DNA of 64,000 bases, from NCBI GenBank assembly GCA_049521435.1, contig JBEKOU010000006.1:10943-74942 (forward strand), in the 5' to 3' direction. The stretch's first letter is position 1. Each line of letters begins with the position of its first letter. The notes under the pieces were generated by a model. It made no database searches and was not told the origin of the DNA. It saw only the letters and a program-made list of their open reading frames with translations. The translations under genes were made by a program, and so were the position numbers. The stretch comes from Candidatus Dormibacteria bacterium. GTDB lineage: Bacteria; Chloroflexota; Dormibacteria; Aeolococcales; Aeolococcaceae. Shown here piece after piece: positions 45,010-54,194 of this stretch.

Positions 45010-45839
45010 TAGACGAAGAGGTCGATCCCGCCCCCGACGTGGATGACCTGACCGGTGATGTAGCGGGCCTCCGGGGAGGCCAGGAAGACGACCAGAGCGG
45101 CCACATCCTCCGGCTCGCCCATGCTGCGCATCGCCGTGCGCAGCACCATGCGCTCGTTCATCCGCGGATTGCCGGCGGTGAAAGCCTCGGTGGCGATGAT
45201 CCCGGGGGCGATCATGTTGCTGGTGATGCCGAAACGGGCCCCCTCCAGCGCCATCGACTTGCCCAGCCCGTTGAGCCCGGCCTTGGTCGCGGAATACGAC
45301 GCCTGACCGAAGCCTCCGAGAGTTCCGGCCACAGATGACATGAAAATGACGCGTCCCCAGTTCCGCTCCCGCATGTGAGGCCACGCCGCCTTGGTGCAGT
45401 TGTAGGCGCCGGTGAGGTTGACCCGCAGGTCGCGCTCCCACAGGTCGTCGCTCTGGTCCTCGATCTGACCCAGGTGATCGAGGGTGCCGGCGTTGTTGAC
45501 CAGGATGTCGATGGAGCCGAATTCGCGCTTGACCTGGGCGAACACGGCCGCCACCTGGTCGCGATCGGTGACGTCCATCTTGAGCGCCATCGAGCGGCGG
45601 CCCATCGCCCGGATCTCGGCACTGGTGCGCTCCGCGTAGACCACGTTGTGGGACGTGAACAGCTGGGCCAGCGCCGACTGCGATGCCTCGGCGACCCGCT
45701 GGAGCTCGGGGTCGGATTCGAGGAGGATGTCGGTGACCACCACGTCGGCGCCGGCCCGGGCGAGCGCCAGCGAGTCGGCGCGCCCCAGCCCGCGAGAGCC
45801 ACCGGTCACCACCGCCACCTTGCCGCTCAGATCGAACAT
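45006..45839 (-). CDS. SDR-family oxidoreductase (FabG-like)
   Basis: VTGGSRGLG, NNAG, YSATKAG. Confidence 0.9.
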   Translation of the reverse strand: MFDLSGKVAVVTGGSRGLGRADSLALARAGADVVVTDILLESDPELQRVAEASQSALAQLFTSHNVVYAERTSAEIRAMGRRSMALKMDVTDRDQVAAVFAQVKREFGSIDILVNNAGTLDHLGQIEDQSDDLWERDLRVNLTGAYNCTKAAWPHMRERNWGRVIFMSSVAGTLGGFGQASYSATKAGLNGLGKSMALEGARFGITSNMIAPGIIATEAFTAGNPRMNERMVLRTAMRSMGEPEDVAALVVFLASPEARYITGQVIHVGGGIDLFVY

Positions 45840-45915
45840 CGCTGCCTCCAGGTCGGGTCGACTCGCTCCGATTATGGTGATGAGAGCCCGCCTCGTGGGC
45901 AGCTGGGCAGCGAAG

Positions 45916-47124
45916 CTAGCGCGCGGGCGCGGGGGGCGAGATCGGCGGCCGCTCGCCGAGGATGCAGCGGGAGATCACCAGCCGCTGGATCTCGGCCGTC
46001 CCCTCCCAGATCTGATAGATCTTGGCGTCGCGCATGAAACGCTCCACCGGGTATTCCTTGACATAGCCGTACCCGCCGAGCACCTGGACGGCCTCGGTGG
46101 TGACGCGCATCGCCATGTCGCCGGCGTAGAGCTTGGCCATGGACCCCTCGCCGCGGGCAAGCGGAATGCCCTCGGCGATCATCCAGCCCGCCCGCCAGAT
46201 CAGCATCCGGGCGGCGTCGATCTCGGTGGCCATGTCGGCGAGCTTGAAGGCGATCGCCTCGTGGCGGGCGATCGGCCTTCCGAAGGCGTGGCGCTCGAGC
46301 GAGTAGTCGCGGGCGAACTCGAACGCCGCCCTGGCGATCCCGAGAGCGCCGGCGGCGACCTGGGGGCGGGTGGCCTCGAGCGTCCGCAGGGCCCCGAGGG
46401 CACCCGGCCCCGTCTCCGTGCCGTCCGCCTCGGTGCCGAGGTGAGCCTCCTCGGCGACGAAGCAGTTCTCGAGGATCACCTGGGCGGTGTGGGAGGCCCG
46501 GACCCCCATCTTCTTCTCCTTGCGCCCCTGGCGCATCCCAGGATTGCCCTTCTCAATGACGAAGCCGGCGATCCCCGCTGGGCCGAGGGAGCGATCGGTG
46601 GTCGCGAAGACCACCTGCAGATCAGCGATGCCGCCGTTGGTGCAGAACTGCTTGGTCCCGTCGAGGACCCAACCGCCGTCAACCTTGCGAGCGGTCGTCT
46701 CCAGAGCCAGGGCATCCGACCCGGAGTTGGGCTCGGTCAGACCCATCGCCCCGATCCTCAACGTCTCGGGGTCGGCGAGCAGACCGATGTACCTCCTCTT
46801 CTGAGCCTCGGTGCCCATGGCGAGGATGGCCGCTCCGCAGAGCCCGGTCCCCTGAATCGAGACGGCGATCCCCGCGTCACCCCAGGACAGCTCCTCGGTG
46901 AGGATCAGCTCGGTGATGAAGTCGACACCGCCGCCGCCGTATTCGCTCGGGAAGGCGGCGGAGGCGTCGAGGCCCACCTCGTGGGCTTTGTGCATGACCT
47001 CCCAGGGGGTCTCCTCGTGCTCGTCGTAGTCGGCCGCGCGGGGACGCATCTCTTTCACCGCGAACTGGTGGGCGAGACGGCGAACCTCCTCCTGCTCAGT
47101 GGTCAGGCTGAAATCCAGGGGCAC
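45916..47124 (-). CDS. Acyl-CoA dehydrogenase
   Basis: LTEPNSGSDA and C-terminal IYEGT-like IWEGTAEIQ. GTG start with GAGGGAGG upstream. Confidence 0.9.
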   Translation of the reverse strand: MPLDFSLTTEQEEVRRLAHQFAVKEMRPRAADYDEHEETPWEVMHKAHEVGLDASAAFPSEYGGGGVDFITELILTEELSWGDAGIAVSIQGTGLCGAAILAMGTEAQKRRYIGLLADPETLRIGAMGLTEPNSGSDALALETTARKVDGGWVLDGTKQFCTNGGIADLQVVFATTDRSLGPAGIAGFVIEKGNPGMRQGRKEKKMGVRASHTAQVILENCFVAEEAHLGTEADGTETGPGALGALRTLEATRPQVAAGALGIARAAFEFARDYSLERHAFGRPIARHEAIAFKLADMATEIDAARMLIWRAGWMIAEGIPLARGEGSMAKLYAGDMAMRVTTEAVQVLGGYGYVKEYPVERFMRDAKIYQIWEGTAEIQRLVISRCILGERPPISPPAPAR

Positions 47125-47138
47125 GGCCGGGGCCTCCC

Positions 47139-47561
47139 TCAGCCGGCCAGGCGAACCACCGCCCGGCCGTTGGTCAGGACTCGATCACCCCGGCTGGAGG
47201 TGGCCTCGAGCTGCAGGGTGGCGCTGCCTGCGGCGTGGTCCACCGACGCGACCCGCCCGGTGCAGGTGACGGTGTCGCCCGGCAGGAGGGGTTTGGAAAA
47301 CCGGCAGGCCAGCTCGATGAGCCGGTCGTGGCCGCCCGCCCAGCGGCCGACGGCCTCGCCGAGGATGGCCATCTCGAGCATCCCGTGGGCTATCGTCCCC
47401 GGCAGCCCGACCGAGCGGGCAAACTCCGGGTCGACGTGGATGGGGTTGTGATCTCCCGACGCGTCGGCATAGGCGTCGATCTGCGCCTGGCTCACGGTGC
47501 GGGACAGGGGCGCCATCTCGTCGCCGGGCCGCACCTCCTGCCCCGCAGCGGAAGCGGTCAT
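47139..47561 (-). CDS. MaoC-like (R)-hydratase/dehydratase, HadB-like
   Basis: ASGDHNPIHVDPEFARSVGLPGTIAHGM hot-dog hydratase motif. Confidence 0.85.
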   Translation of the reverse strand: MTASAAGQEVRPGDEMAPLSRTVSQAQIDAYADASGDHNPIHVDPEFARSVGLPGTIAHGMLEMAILGEAVGRWAGGHDRLIELACRFSKPLLPGDTVTCTGRVASVDHAAGSATLQLEATSSRGDRVLTNGRAVVRLAG

Positions 47562-47971
47562 CGCCCGGCACCACGGAGGAGAAGCAGGGAGCGCCCCCGG
47601 CAGACGGTGTGGCCGGACTGGTTGGTCGCCGCGAGGTCCAGGGTCACGAACGTCATCCCTCGCTTGCTCTCCACCGAGGCGACCTGGGCTGACGCCTCGA
47701 CGACATCACCCGGCCGCACCGGCACCGGCCACTCGAAGCTCTGCTCGGCATGGATCAAACCGGCCAGCTCGATGCCGAGCTCCGCGTCCGCGAGCACCTT
47801 GGCGAGGGACGGGAGCAGGCAGTAGACGGCCGCGAACGCCGGCGGCACCGACCCGGGGGAGTACACCGCGTCGGCTCCGCTCACCGCTGACGCGTACTCC
47901 GCCACCCGCTCGGCGCTCACCGCCTGGCCAGGTGCCAGGTAGCGTCGACCCACATGGGATAGGTCGGGCAC
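47558..47971 (-). CDS. MaoC N-terminal-like dehydratase subunit, HadA-like
   Basis: Hot-dog fold without the hydratase motif. ATGA overlap with the downstream MaoC gene. Confidence 0.7.
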   Translation of the reverse strand: MPDLSHVGRRYLAPGQAVSAERVAEYASAVSGADAVYSPGSVPPAFAAVYCLLPSLAKVLADAELGIELAGLIHAEQSFEWPVPVRPGDVVEASAQVASVESKRGMTFVTLDLAATNQSGHTVCRGRSLLLLRGAGR

Positions 47972-48052
47972 GACTCAGGGCTCCTCCCGCTCCACAGCTG
48001 ACATCCGGGTCAACTTCGGTCACCGAATATACCAGGACCCCATCGGCCGGAC

Positions 48053-48071
48053 GTGATAGCGGTACTATCAC
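48053..48071. promoter_or_regulatory. Inverted repeat GTGATAG-N5-CTATCAC next to TTGACG-18 nt-TAGCGT promoter-like boxes
   Basis: Read directly, in the divergent region between the MaoC/ACAD operon and the CHAP gene. -35 at 48078..48083, -10 at 48102..48107. Confidence 0.3.
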
Positions 48072-48122
48072 ATTCCTTTGACGACTCCGCGGCGACTCTG
48101 CTAGCGTCCGCCCGCTGTCTCG

Positions 48123-49046
48123 GTGCTCGGATGCACCACACCAGCCGTAAGGGGATATCCGGGGAGGAAGGACATCCGCGGTCTTCGCCATCGGTTGCTG
48201 CGGCATGCATGGGTGCTCCTGATCGCCCTTCTGCTCCCCGTCATCGCGCCGCGGCTGCCGGTCGGAGCGTCGCTGACGGCGGCGGCCCCGAGTGCCGACG
48301 TCCTCAACGCCGTCATCGAAGGTGCCCCGGCGGATCAGACCGCTCCGGCCGGGCCGGCGCTCACCGTGATGGCCCCGGCGGGTGCAACCGTCGACTCCCT
48401 GGCGGCGGGCTATGCCCGCAACCCGGCATCGATCATCTGGGCAAATGACTTCGGCCCGGGTGTCGAGCCGCAGGCCGGCTCACCGGTCCTGCTCCCGCCG
48501 GGACCGGGAGCCCTCGTCCCGGTGCAGGGCGGCGAGTCGCCCAGCCAGTTCGCCGCGGGGCTCGGCATCGACCCCTCGGTCCTCCTCGCCTACAACGTGC
48601 TCCAGGAGGACGCCCCCCTCGCCGGCGGCACCTACCTGCAGGTTCCGCTCGCCGACGCCCCCCAGGGATCGCTGAATCCCGCAGCCTTCGTTCCCGCGGC
48701 CGCCGGCGTCCCCGAGGTACCGCCGAGCCATGGAGGGGACAGCTTCCCGTACGGCGAGTGCACGTATTACGTGGCGACACGGCGCGCCATCACCTGGGGC
48801 GGCAACGCCGGCGAGTGGTGGCAGGACGGCCGCTGGTCGCGGCCCGAGGGCGAGGTGCCGGTCGCCGGTGCCGTCGCCGTCTTCGAGGGCCCCGGCTACT
48901 CCTACGACGGTCACGTCGCCTTCGTGGACAGCGTCAACGCGGACGGCAGCTTCGCGATCTCGGAGATGAACTACGACGGCTGGGGGGTGGTCGACCAGCG
49001 GACGATCCAGGCGAACGACCCCACCATCGTCGGCTTCATCTACTAG
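48123..49046 (+). CDS. Secreted cell-wall hydrolase: two LysM-like segments plus C-terminal CHAP domain
   Basis: Signal-like WVLLIALLLPVIAP. CHAP catalytic region YGECTYYVA...GHVAFV. Start uncertain. Confidence 0.8.
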   Translation: MLGCTTPAVRGYPGRKDIRGLRHRLLRHAWVLLIALLLPVIAPRLPVGASLTAAAPSADVLNAVIEGAPADQTAPAGPALTVMAPAGATVDSLAAGYARNPASIIWANDFGPGVEPQAGSPVLLPPGPGALVPVQGGESPSQFAAGLGIDPSVLLAYNVLQEDAPLAGGTYLQVPLADAPQGSLNPAAFVPAAAGVPEVPPSHGGDSFPYGECTYYVATRRAITWGGNAGEWWQDGRWSRPEGEVPVAGAVAVFEGPGYSYDGHVAFVDSVNADGSFAISEMNYDGWGVVDQRTIQANDPTIVGFIY

Positions 49047-49121
49047 CCGCGACGGAGTGAGGGGGGAGAGCCGCAGGCTCGCCTCCCGATCGGAGGACCG
49101 GCTAGTACCGCGTATTGAACC

Positions 49122-49140
49122 GTGCGCCCGCAGGGCGCAC
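49122..49140. terminator. GC hairpin GTGCGCCC-gca-GGGCGCAC between convergent genes (no T tract)
   Basis: Perfect 8-bp stem read directly. Further hairpins at about 49083..49097 and 49210..49232. Confidence 0.35.
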
Positions 49141-49321
49141 ACCCCCTCTCCCTTGGGTTGGACACCGTGAGAAGGGGCCATGCGGGTGGGGGACGCGACG
49201 GGCTTGCGCAGGCGGCGGATGCAACGCCGCCGAGCACGAGCCGCGAGCGCCAGTCAGGGCGCGAGACGGCGGTCCCTGAGCGACCCCCACCCGCGTGGCC
49301 CCTCGCGCGGAGGCTCCGAGG

Positions 49322-50020
49322 CTACCCGCTGAAGCGGTATCCGATCCCCGGCACCGAGTGGATGTAGGTGGGCTTCTCGGCGTCGGGCTCGATCTTGCGG
49401 CGCAGCCGGTAGACGTGGGCGTCCACGGTGCGGGTCTCGATCTCGACCTCGTAGCCCCACACCCGGCGGAGCAGCTCTCCGCGGCTCATCACCTGGCCCG
49501 GACGCGATGCCAGCAGGGCGAGCAGGTTGAACTCGGTGAGGGTCAGGTTGACCTCCTCGCCGTCCCGGAACACCTGGCGGCGTCCCAGGTCGATGGTCAG
49601 ACCCGGGAACTCGAAGCGGTCGCGGGGCTGCTCCTGGGACGAGATCTCGCTGCGGCGGAGGTGGGCGCCGATCCGCGCCATGAGCTCCCGCACCTCGAAG
49701 GGCTTGGTGACGTAGTCGTCGGCCCCGAGCTCCAATCCCACCACCACATCGATGGTGTCGGCCTTGGCGGTGAGCATGAGGATGGGCACCCGGGAGCCCT
49801 CGGAGCGGAGCCGGCGGCAGACGTCGAGACCGCTCATCCCAGGTAGGTTCACGTCGAGGATGATCAGGTCGGGGTTCTGCTCCCGGGCTGCCTGCAGGCC
49901 CTCCAGGCCGGTGGCGGCCTCGAGGAGGGTGTGGTTCTGAGCGCTCACGGCGAGGCGGACCACCTCCCGGCTGGGCGGGTCGTCCTCGACGATCAGGATG
50001 GTCTTGCCGCCGGCGGTCAT
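49322..50020 (-). CDS. OmpR-family response regulator
   Basis: ILIVEDD...DLIILDVNLPGMSG...TKPF. Winged-helix segment LTLTEFNLLALL...VDAHVYRLRRKIE. ATGA overlap with the kinase stop. Confidence 0.9.
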   Translation of the reverse strand: MTAGGKTILIVEDDPPSREVVRLAVSAQNHTLLEAATGLEGLQAAREQNPDLIILDVNLPGMSGLDVCRRLRSEGSRVPILMLTAKADTIDVVVGLELGADDYVTKPFEVRELMARIGAHLRRSEISSQEQPRDRFEFPGLTIDLGRRQVFRDGEEVNLTLTEFNLLALLASRPGQVMSRGELLRRVWGYEVEIETRTVDAHVYRLRRKIEPDAEKPTYIHSVPGIGYRFSG

Positions 50021-51732
50021 GATGCGGCCGGCTCCAGGTATGTGGCGATGCGTTGCACGAAGCTCGCGACCTCGATGGGCTTGCTGATGTACCCAGAACA
50101 ACCTGCGGCGAGCGCTTCCTGCTCGTCACCTTTCATGGCATTGGCGGTGAGAGCGATGACGGGGACGTCGGCGGTCTTGGGATCGGACTTTAGCATTCGC
50201 GTGACGGTGAGTCCGTCCATTCCCGGCAGTTCGACGTCCATCAGGACCAGGTCGTAGAGCGTCGCCCGGGCCTTCTTGAGCCCTTCGGCCCCGTCGGAGG
50301 CCACATCCACGTCGAAACCGCTGCCGTTCAGGACCATCCTGGCCAGCTGACGGCTGCTCGCGTTGTCCTCCACCAGGAGGATGCGGTTGTGAGCCCGCCC
50401 GTTCTGGGGCTCCATGCCAAGGAGGGGGAGCTGGAAGGTGAAGACCGAACCCTTGCCCACCTCCGACTCGACCCGGATGTCACCGCCGTGGAGCTCGACC
50501 AGCCGGCGGGTCAGGGAGAGGCCGAGGCCGGTGCCCTCCACCTGCCGGGTGGTCGCGGTGTCCAGCTGGTAGAACTCGTCGAAGATCCGCTCGTGGTACT
50601 CCTTGGGGATTCCCACCCCGGTGTCGCCCACGTCCACCACCAGCCAGCCGTTCTCGGCCCGGGCCGCCACCCAGACCCTGCCGCCCTGGGCGGTGAACTT
50701 GATCGCATTGGAGAGGAGGTTGTAGAGAATCTGCTTGAACTTGCTCTTGTCGGCCCTGGTCTCCAGGTCCTCGGGCTCGACGGTGATCGCCAGCTCGATG
50801 TCCCGCCGCTCGCTCAGAGAGCGGATGACGTTGTGGACCTCCCGCACGGCGTTCCCCACCCGGAAGCGATCGTAGGCCAGCTCCATCCGTCCGGCCTCGA
50901 TCTTGGAGAGATCGAGGACATCGTTGACCAGCTCGAGAAGGTGCTTGCCACTCGCATGGATGTTCTCCAGGCATTCGTGGCGCTGCTCCTCGGAGAGCTC
51001 GACGAGGTTGTCCTTGAGAATCTCGCTGAACCCCAGGATGGCGTTGAGGGGGGTGCGCAGCTCGTGGCTCATGTTGGCCAGGAACTCACTCTTCAGCCGG
51101 GAGATCTCGGCGATGTGGGCGTTGGCGATCTCCAGCTCGCGGGTCCGGTCGGCGATCTCCTTGATCTGCCTCTTCTGGGTGGTGTACAGGCGTGCGTTGT
51201 CGATGGAGATGGCCGCCTGGTTGGCGATGATCTGGACCAGCGCCTGCTCGACCGACGTGAAGGGTTTGACCTCTTTCCGGGCGATCGTCAGCGCGCCCAC
51301 GAGGCGGCGAGGCGACTCCAGGGGCATGATCAGGACCGATCTCGGCGAGTAGCCCATCTCGAGGTTCTTGAACCGGCTGTCCTGGGTGGCGTCGTTCACC
51401 GAGACGATCTTTCGTTGCTTGGCCGCCCAGCCAACGATCCCCTCGCCCAGCCTGAAACGAGCCACCTTGTTGACAGCCTCGGCGAATGGGAAGGTCGCGA
51501 TCGCAGAGAGGGTGCGGTCGTCCTCGTCGAGGAGGAAAACGGTGGCCGCGTCACAGACAGCCAGGTCGCTGGCCGCCTTGAGCATGAAATCGATGGTCTC
51601 CTTCAGCTCAAGGCTGGACGTAAAAAGATTGCCCACCTGGCCGAGGAGGTCGACGATGACCTTATCGTCCATCCGCGGCGAGTATATGCCAGTCCTGCCA
51701 TCTGCAATGATCCTTTGTTGCAATCCGGTCAC
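50017..51732 (-). CDS. Hybrid sensor histidine kinase (GAF-HisKA-HATPase-REC)
   Basis: H-box MSHELRTPLNAILGF. N/G boxes NLLSNAIKFT and DTGVGI, GTGLGL. C-terminal receiver ILLVEDN...LVLMDVELPGMDG. Alternative start ATG 51672. Confidence 0.9.
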   Translation of the reverse strand: MTGLQQRIIADGRTGIYSPRMDDKVIVDLLGQVGNLFTSSLELKETIDFMLKAASDLAVCDAATVFLLDEDDRTLSAIATFPFAEAVNKVARFRLGEGIVGWAAKQRKIVSVNDATQDSRFKNLEMGYSPRSVLIMPLESPRRLVGALTIARKEVKPFTSVEQALVQIIANQAAISIDNARLYTTQKRQIKEIADRTRELEIANAHIAEISRLKSEFLANMSHELRTPLNAILGFSEILKDNLVELSEEQRHECLENIHASGKHLLELVNDVLDLSKIEAGRMELAYDRFRVGNAVREVHNVIRSLSERRDIELAITVEPEDLETRADKSKFKQILYNLLSNAIKFTAQGGRVWVAARAENGWLVVDVGDTGVGIPKEYHERIFDEFYQLDTATTRQVEGTGLGLSLTRRLVELHGGDIRVESEVGKGSVFTFQLPLLGMEPQNGRAHNRILLVEDNASSRQLARMVLNGSGFDVDVASDGAEGLKKARATLYDLVLMDVELPGMDGLTVTRMLKSDPKTADVPVIALTANAMKGDEQEALAAGCSGYISKPIEVASFVQRIATYLEPAAS

Positions 51733-51838
51733 TCTCCGATGACATCCGAGATCGGTGCGCCGGTGCGGCTGAGGGTTCTGCGCGACCCGCGCGCGACCCT
51801 CTGCGGACCAGACGGGGGGGGCGCGGGCCGCGGCGTGG

Positions 51839-52819
51839 TCAGCCCGGCCTGGACCTCAGCTCGTCGCGGAGCTGCCGCAGGACCGTCAGGGCGTCGCCCA
51901 CGATGCCCAGGTCGGCGAGCTTGAAGATCGGCGCCTGGGGGTCCTTGTTGATGGCCACGATCTTCTGGGCTCCCCGCATGCCGACGGTGTGCTGCATCGC
52001 CCCGCTGATGCCGCAGGCGACATAGACCGTGGGCTTGACGGTCTTGCCGGTCTGGCCCACCTGCAGGGAGTAGGGCACCCAGCCGGCGTCGACGACGGCG
52101 CGGCTCGCGCCGACGGCACCGTGAAGCAGCTCGGCCACCTCGCGCAGGAGCTCGAAGTTGCCCGCCTCCTGGATGCCGCGACCCCCGCTCACCACCACCT
52201 CGGCATCCTCGAGCTTGGGCCCGGCGGCAACCTCGTTGGAGCGGTCGACCACCCTGGCCCGCCGGTGGCACTCCCGGATCACCGCCGGGACCTCGACGAC
52301 CACGGGGATGACCGCGCCGGGGGCGGCAGCCGCAGGGAATGACTTCGGCCGGAAGAGGGCGAGAGCGGGTCGCCGGGCGCCGAACTCGGTGCGGACGACC
52401 TGGGTGGCTCCGAAGATGGCGGTGGTCACGGTGATCGCGTCGCCGGCCTCGACGTCGAGGCCGTTGGCGATGACCGGCACGTCCAGCCTGGCCGCCAGCC
52501 GCCCGGCAACATCCCGGCCGGCGTGGGTCGCGGCGAAGAGGATGAGGTCGGGCCGGTGCTCGACGACGAGGGCGGCGAGCGTGTCCGCGGCCGGCCCGCC
52601 GAACAGGAGCTCGGCGAAGGCAGGGTCCTGGGAGAGGTGGAGGGTCGTGGCCCCGTACCGCCCGAGCTCGGCAACGGCATCGACCGCCTCCGGGCCGAAG
52701 CAGACCGCCTCGACCGTCCTCGCCCCCAGGGAGCGTGCCTTGGTCAGGAGCTCGAGCGTACCCGTCGTCACCCGACCCTGGCTCAGGTCGGCGAAGACCC
52801 AGACGCTCCCGAGAGCCAT
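51839..52819 (-). CDS. etfA: Electron transfer flavoprotein alpha subunit
   Basis: VVSGGRG...YVACGISGAMQH...IVAINKD FAD-binding C-terminal motifs. Confidence 0.9.
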   Translation of the reverse strand: MALGSVWVFADLSQGRVTTGTLELLTKARSLGARTVEAVCFGPEAVDAVAELGRYGATTLHLSQDPAFAELLFGGPAADTLAALVVEHRPDLILFAATHAGRDVAGRLAARLDVPVIANGLDVEAGDAITVTTAIFGATQVVRTEFGARRPALALFRPKSFPAAAAPGAVIPVVVEVPAVIRECHRRARVVDRSNEVAAGPKLEDAEVVVSGGRGIQEAGNFELLREVAELLHGAVGASRAVVDAGWVPYSLQVGQTGKTVKPTVYVACGISGAMQHTVGMRGAQKIVAINKDPQAPIFKLADLGIVGDALTVLRQLRDELRSRPG

Positions 52820-52820
52820 C

Positions 52821-53600
52821 TCAGATCACCCGCATGCTGGCCAGGAGCAGGACGATGCGGTGGGCGCCGTCCCCCTCATCGGTGACGACCTCGCCAGCCT
52901 TGCGCTCCTCCGCCGTGGTCACCGACACCACCGTCTGGCCGGCGGCGGCGCCGACCACCTCCACGAGCCCGAGGTCGGCGGGAGTCCAGCGATCCAGCGG
53001 CTTGGACTTGGCGCCCATGATGCCCCGCAGCGAGGGATAGCGCGGCTCGTTGACCCCGGCGGTGACAGAGACCACGCAGGGAAGGCCGGCGAGGATCGTC
53101 TCCGACCCACCCTCGGTCTGGCGGCTCACGGTCAGCGCCGTCCCATCCGAGGCGACACCGGTGGCAAAGGTGACCGCCGGGACGCCGAGCAGCTCGGCGA
53201 GCGCCTGGGGGACGATCCCCGTGTAACCGTCAGTGGATTCGGTGGCGGTGATGACCACGTCGAACGGCTCGCGGCCGATGGCGGCGGCGAGCACCTTGGC
53301 GGTGGTCAGCGCGTCCGAGCCACCCAGCCCGTCGTCGGTCACGAGCACTCCCCGCGCGGCTCCCATCGCCAGGGCCTTGCGAACGGCTTCGAGGGCCCGC
53401 TCCGGCCCCATCGAGACGACCCGAACCTCTCCACCGTGGGCCTCGACGAGCCGCAGCGCGGCCTCGACACCAAACTCGTCGCCCGGATCGAGGACCGGCT
53501 CCGCGAGGTCACGGCGGAGCCGGTGCGTGGTCGCATCCAGCTGTCCCGCGCTGTCCGGATCGGGAACCAGCTTGACGCACACCACCACGTTCACCGTCAT
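52821..53600 (-). CDS. etfB: Electron transfer flavoprotein beta subunit
   Basis: VVVCVKLVPD. The true start may be GTG 53594, because GAGGAGG abuts ATG 53600. Confidence 0.9.
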   Translation of the reverse strand: MTVNVVVCVKLVPDPDSAGQLDATTHRLRRDLAEPVLDPGDEFGVEAALRLVEAHGGEVRVVSMGPERALEAVRKALAMGAARGVLVTDDGLGGSDALTTAKVLAAAIGREPFDVVITATESTDGYTGIVPQALAELLGVPAVTFATGVASDGTALTVSRQTEGGSETILAGLPCVVSVTAGVNEPRYPSLRGIMGAKSKPLDRWTPADLGLVEVVGAAAGQTVVSVTTAEERKAGEVVTDEGDGAHRIVLLLASMRVI

Positions 53601-53699
53601 CCTCCTCGGCCCGCGCGACCCCGGCACGGGCAGCCGCCGCCGAGCTTACCAGCCGGTCGGAGGCCCGCTCCGGTGGCCTGCCCGCGCGCCGTCCTCGGC

Positions 53700-53705
53700 T
53701 AGACT
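53700..53705 (+). promoter_or_regulatory. -10-like box TAGACT, 6 nt upstream of ATG 53712 (leaderless layout)
   Basis: tagact gcaacg ATG. Confidence 0.5.
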
Positions 53706-53711
53706 GCAACG

Positions 53712-54194
53712 ATGCCCAAGCAGTACGCACGATCCGAGCAGGTCATCGATCCCGCCGGCCGCTACCTGGCCACCGTATCCACGGACCGGGGCGACATCGA
53801 ATTTGCGATGGAGGCCTCACGAGCGCCAAAGACGGTCAACAACTTCGTCTTCCTCGCCGGTGAGGGGTTCTACGACGGCCTGACCTTCCACCGCGTGGTG
53901 GATGGTTTCGTCATTCAGGGAGGCTGCCCGGAGGGCAGCGGTCGCGGTGGCCCCGGCTACCGTTTCGAGGACGAGCCGGTCCAGGGTGACTACATCGCGG
54001 GCTCGGTGGCGATGGCCAACTCGGGGCCCAACACCAACGGCTCTCAGTTCTTCATCTCCACCGTGGACAACCGGCGCAGCCTGACCAAGTCGTACAACCT
54101 CTTCGGCCAGGTGGTGAAGGGGATGGAGGTGCTGAACGCGATCCGGGTCGGTGACGTGATGCGCTCGGTGAAGGTCCGCCCCGCCACGCCGTGA
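53712..54194 (+). CDS. Peptidyl-prolyl cis-trans isomerase, cyclophilin type
   Basis: FHRVVDGFVIQGG, MANSGPNTNGSQFFI. Confidence 0.9.
   Translation: MPKQYARSEQVIDPAGRYLATVSTDRGDIEFAMEASRAPKTVNNFVFLAGEGFYDGLTFHRVVDGFVIQGGCPEGSGRGGPGYRFEDEPVQGDYIAGSVAMANSGPNTNGSQFFISTVDNRRSLTKSYNLFGQVVKGMEVLNAIRVGDVMRSVKVRPATP

Noticed and set aside
47972-48200. Possible c-di-AMP (ydaO-type) riboswitch upstream of the CHAP cell-wall hydrolase, as seen before actinobacterial hydrolase genes
   Set aside because: The available leader is short (about 15-70 nt depending on the start). I could not see the pseudo-symmetric conserved ACGGGGA/CCGA-type cores. Unverified without cmsearch.
49047-49321. 275-bp convergent intergenic region, considered as a small RNA or small ORF locus (track ORF 49122..49367)
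   Set aside because: It contains only GC hairpins consistent with bidirectional termination. The ORF product is Arg/Gly/Pro-rich and overlaps the response-regulator 3' end. There is no promoter-like box.
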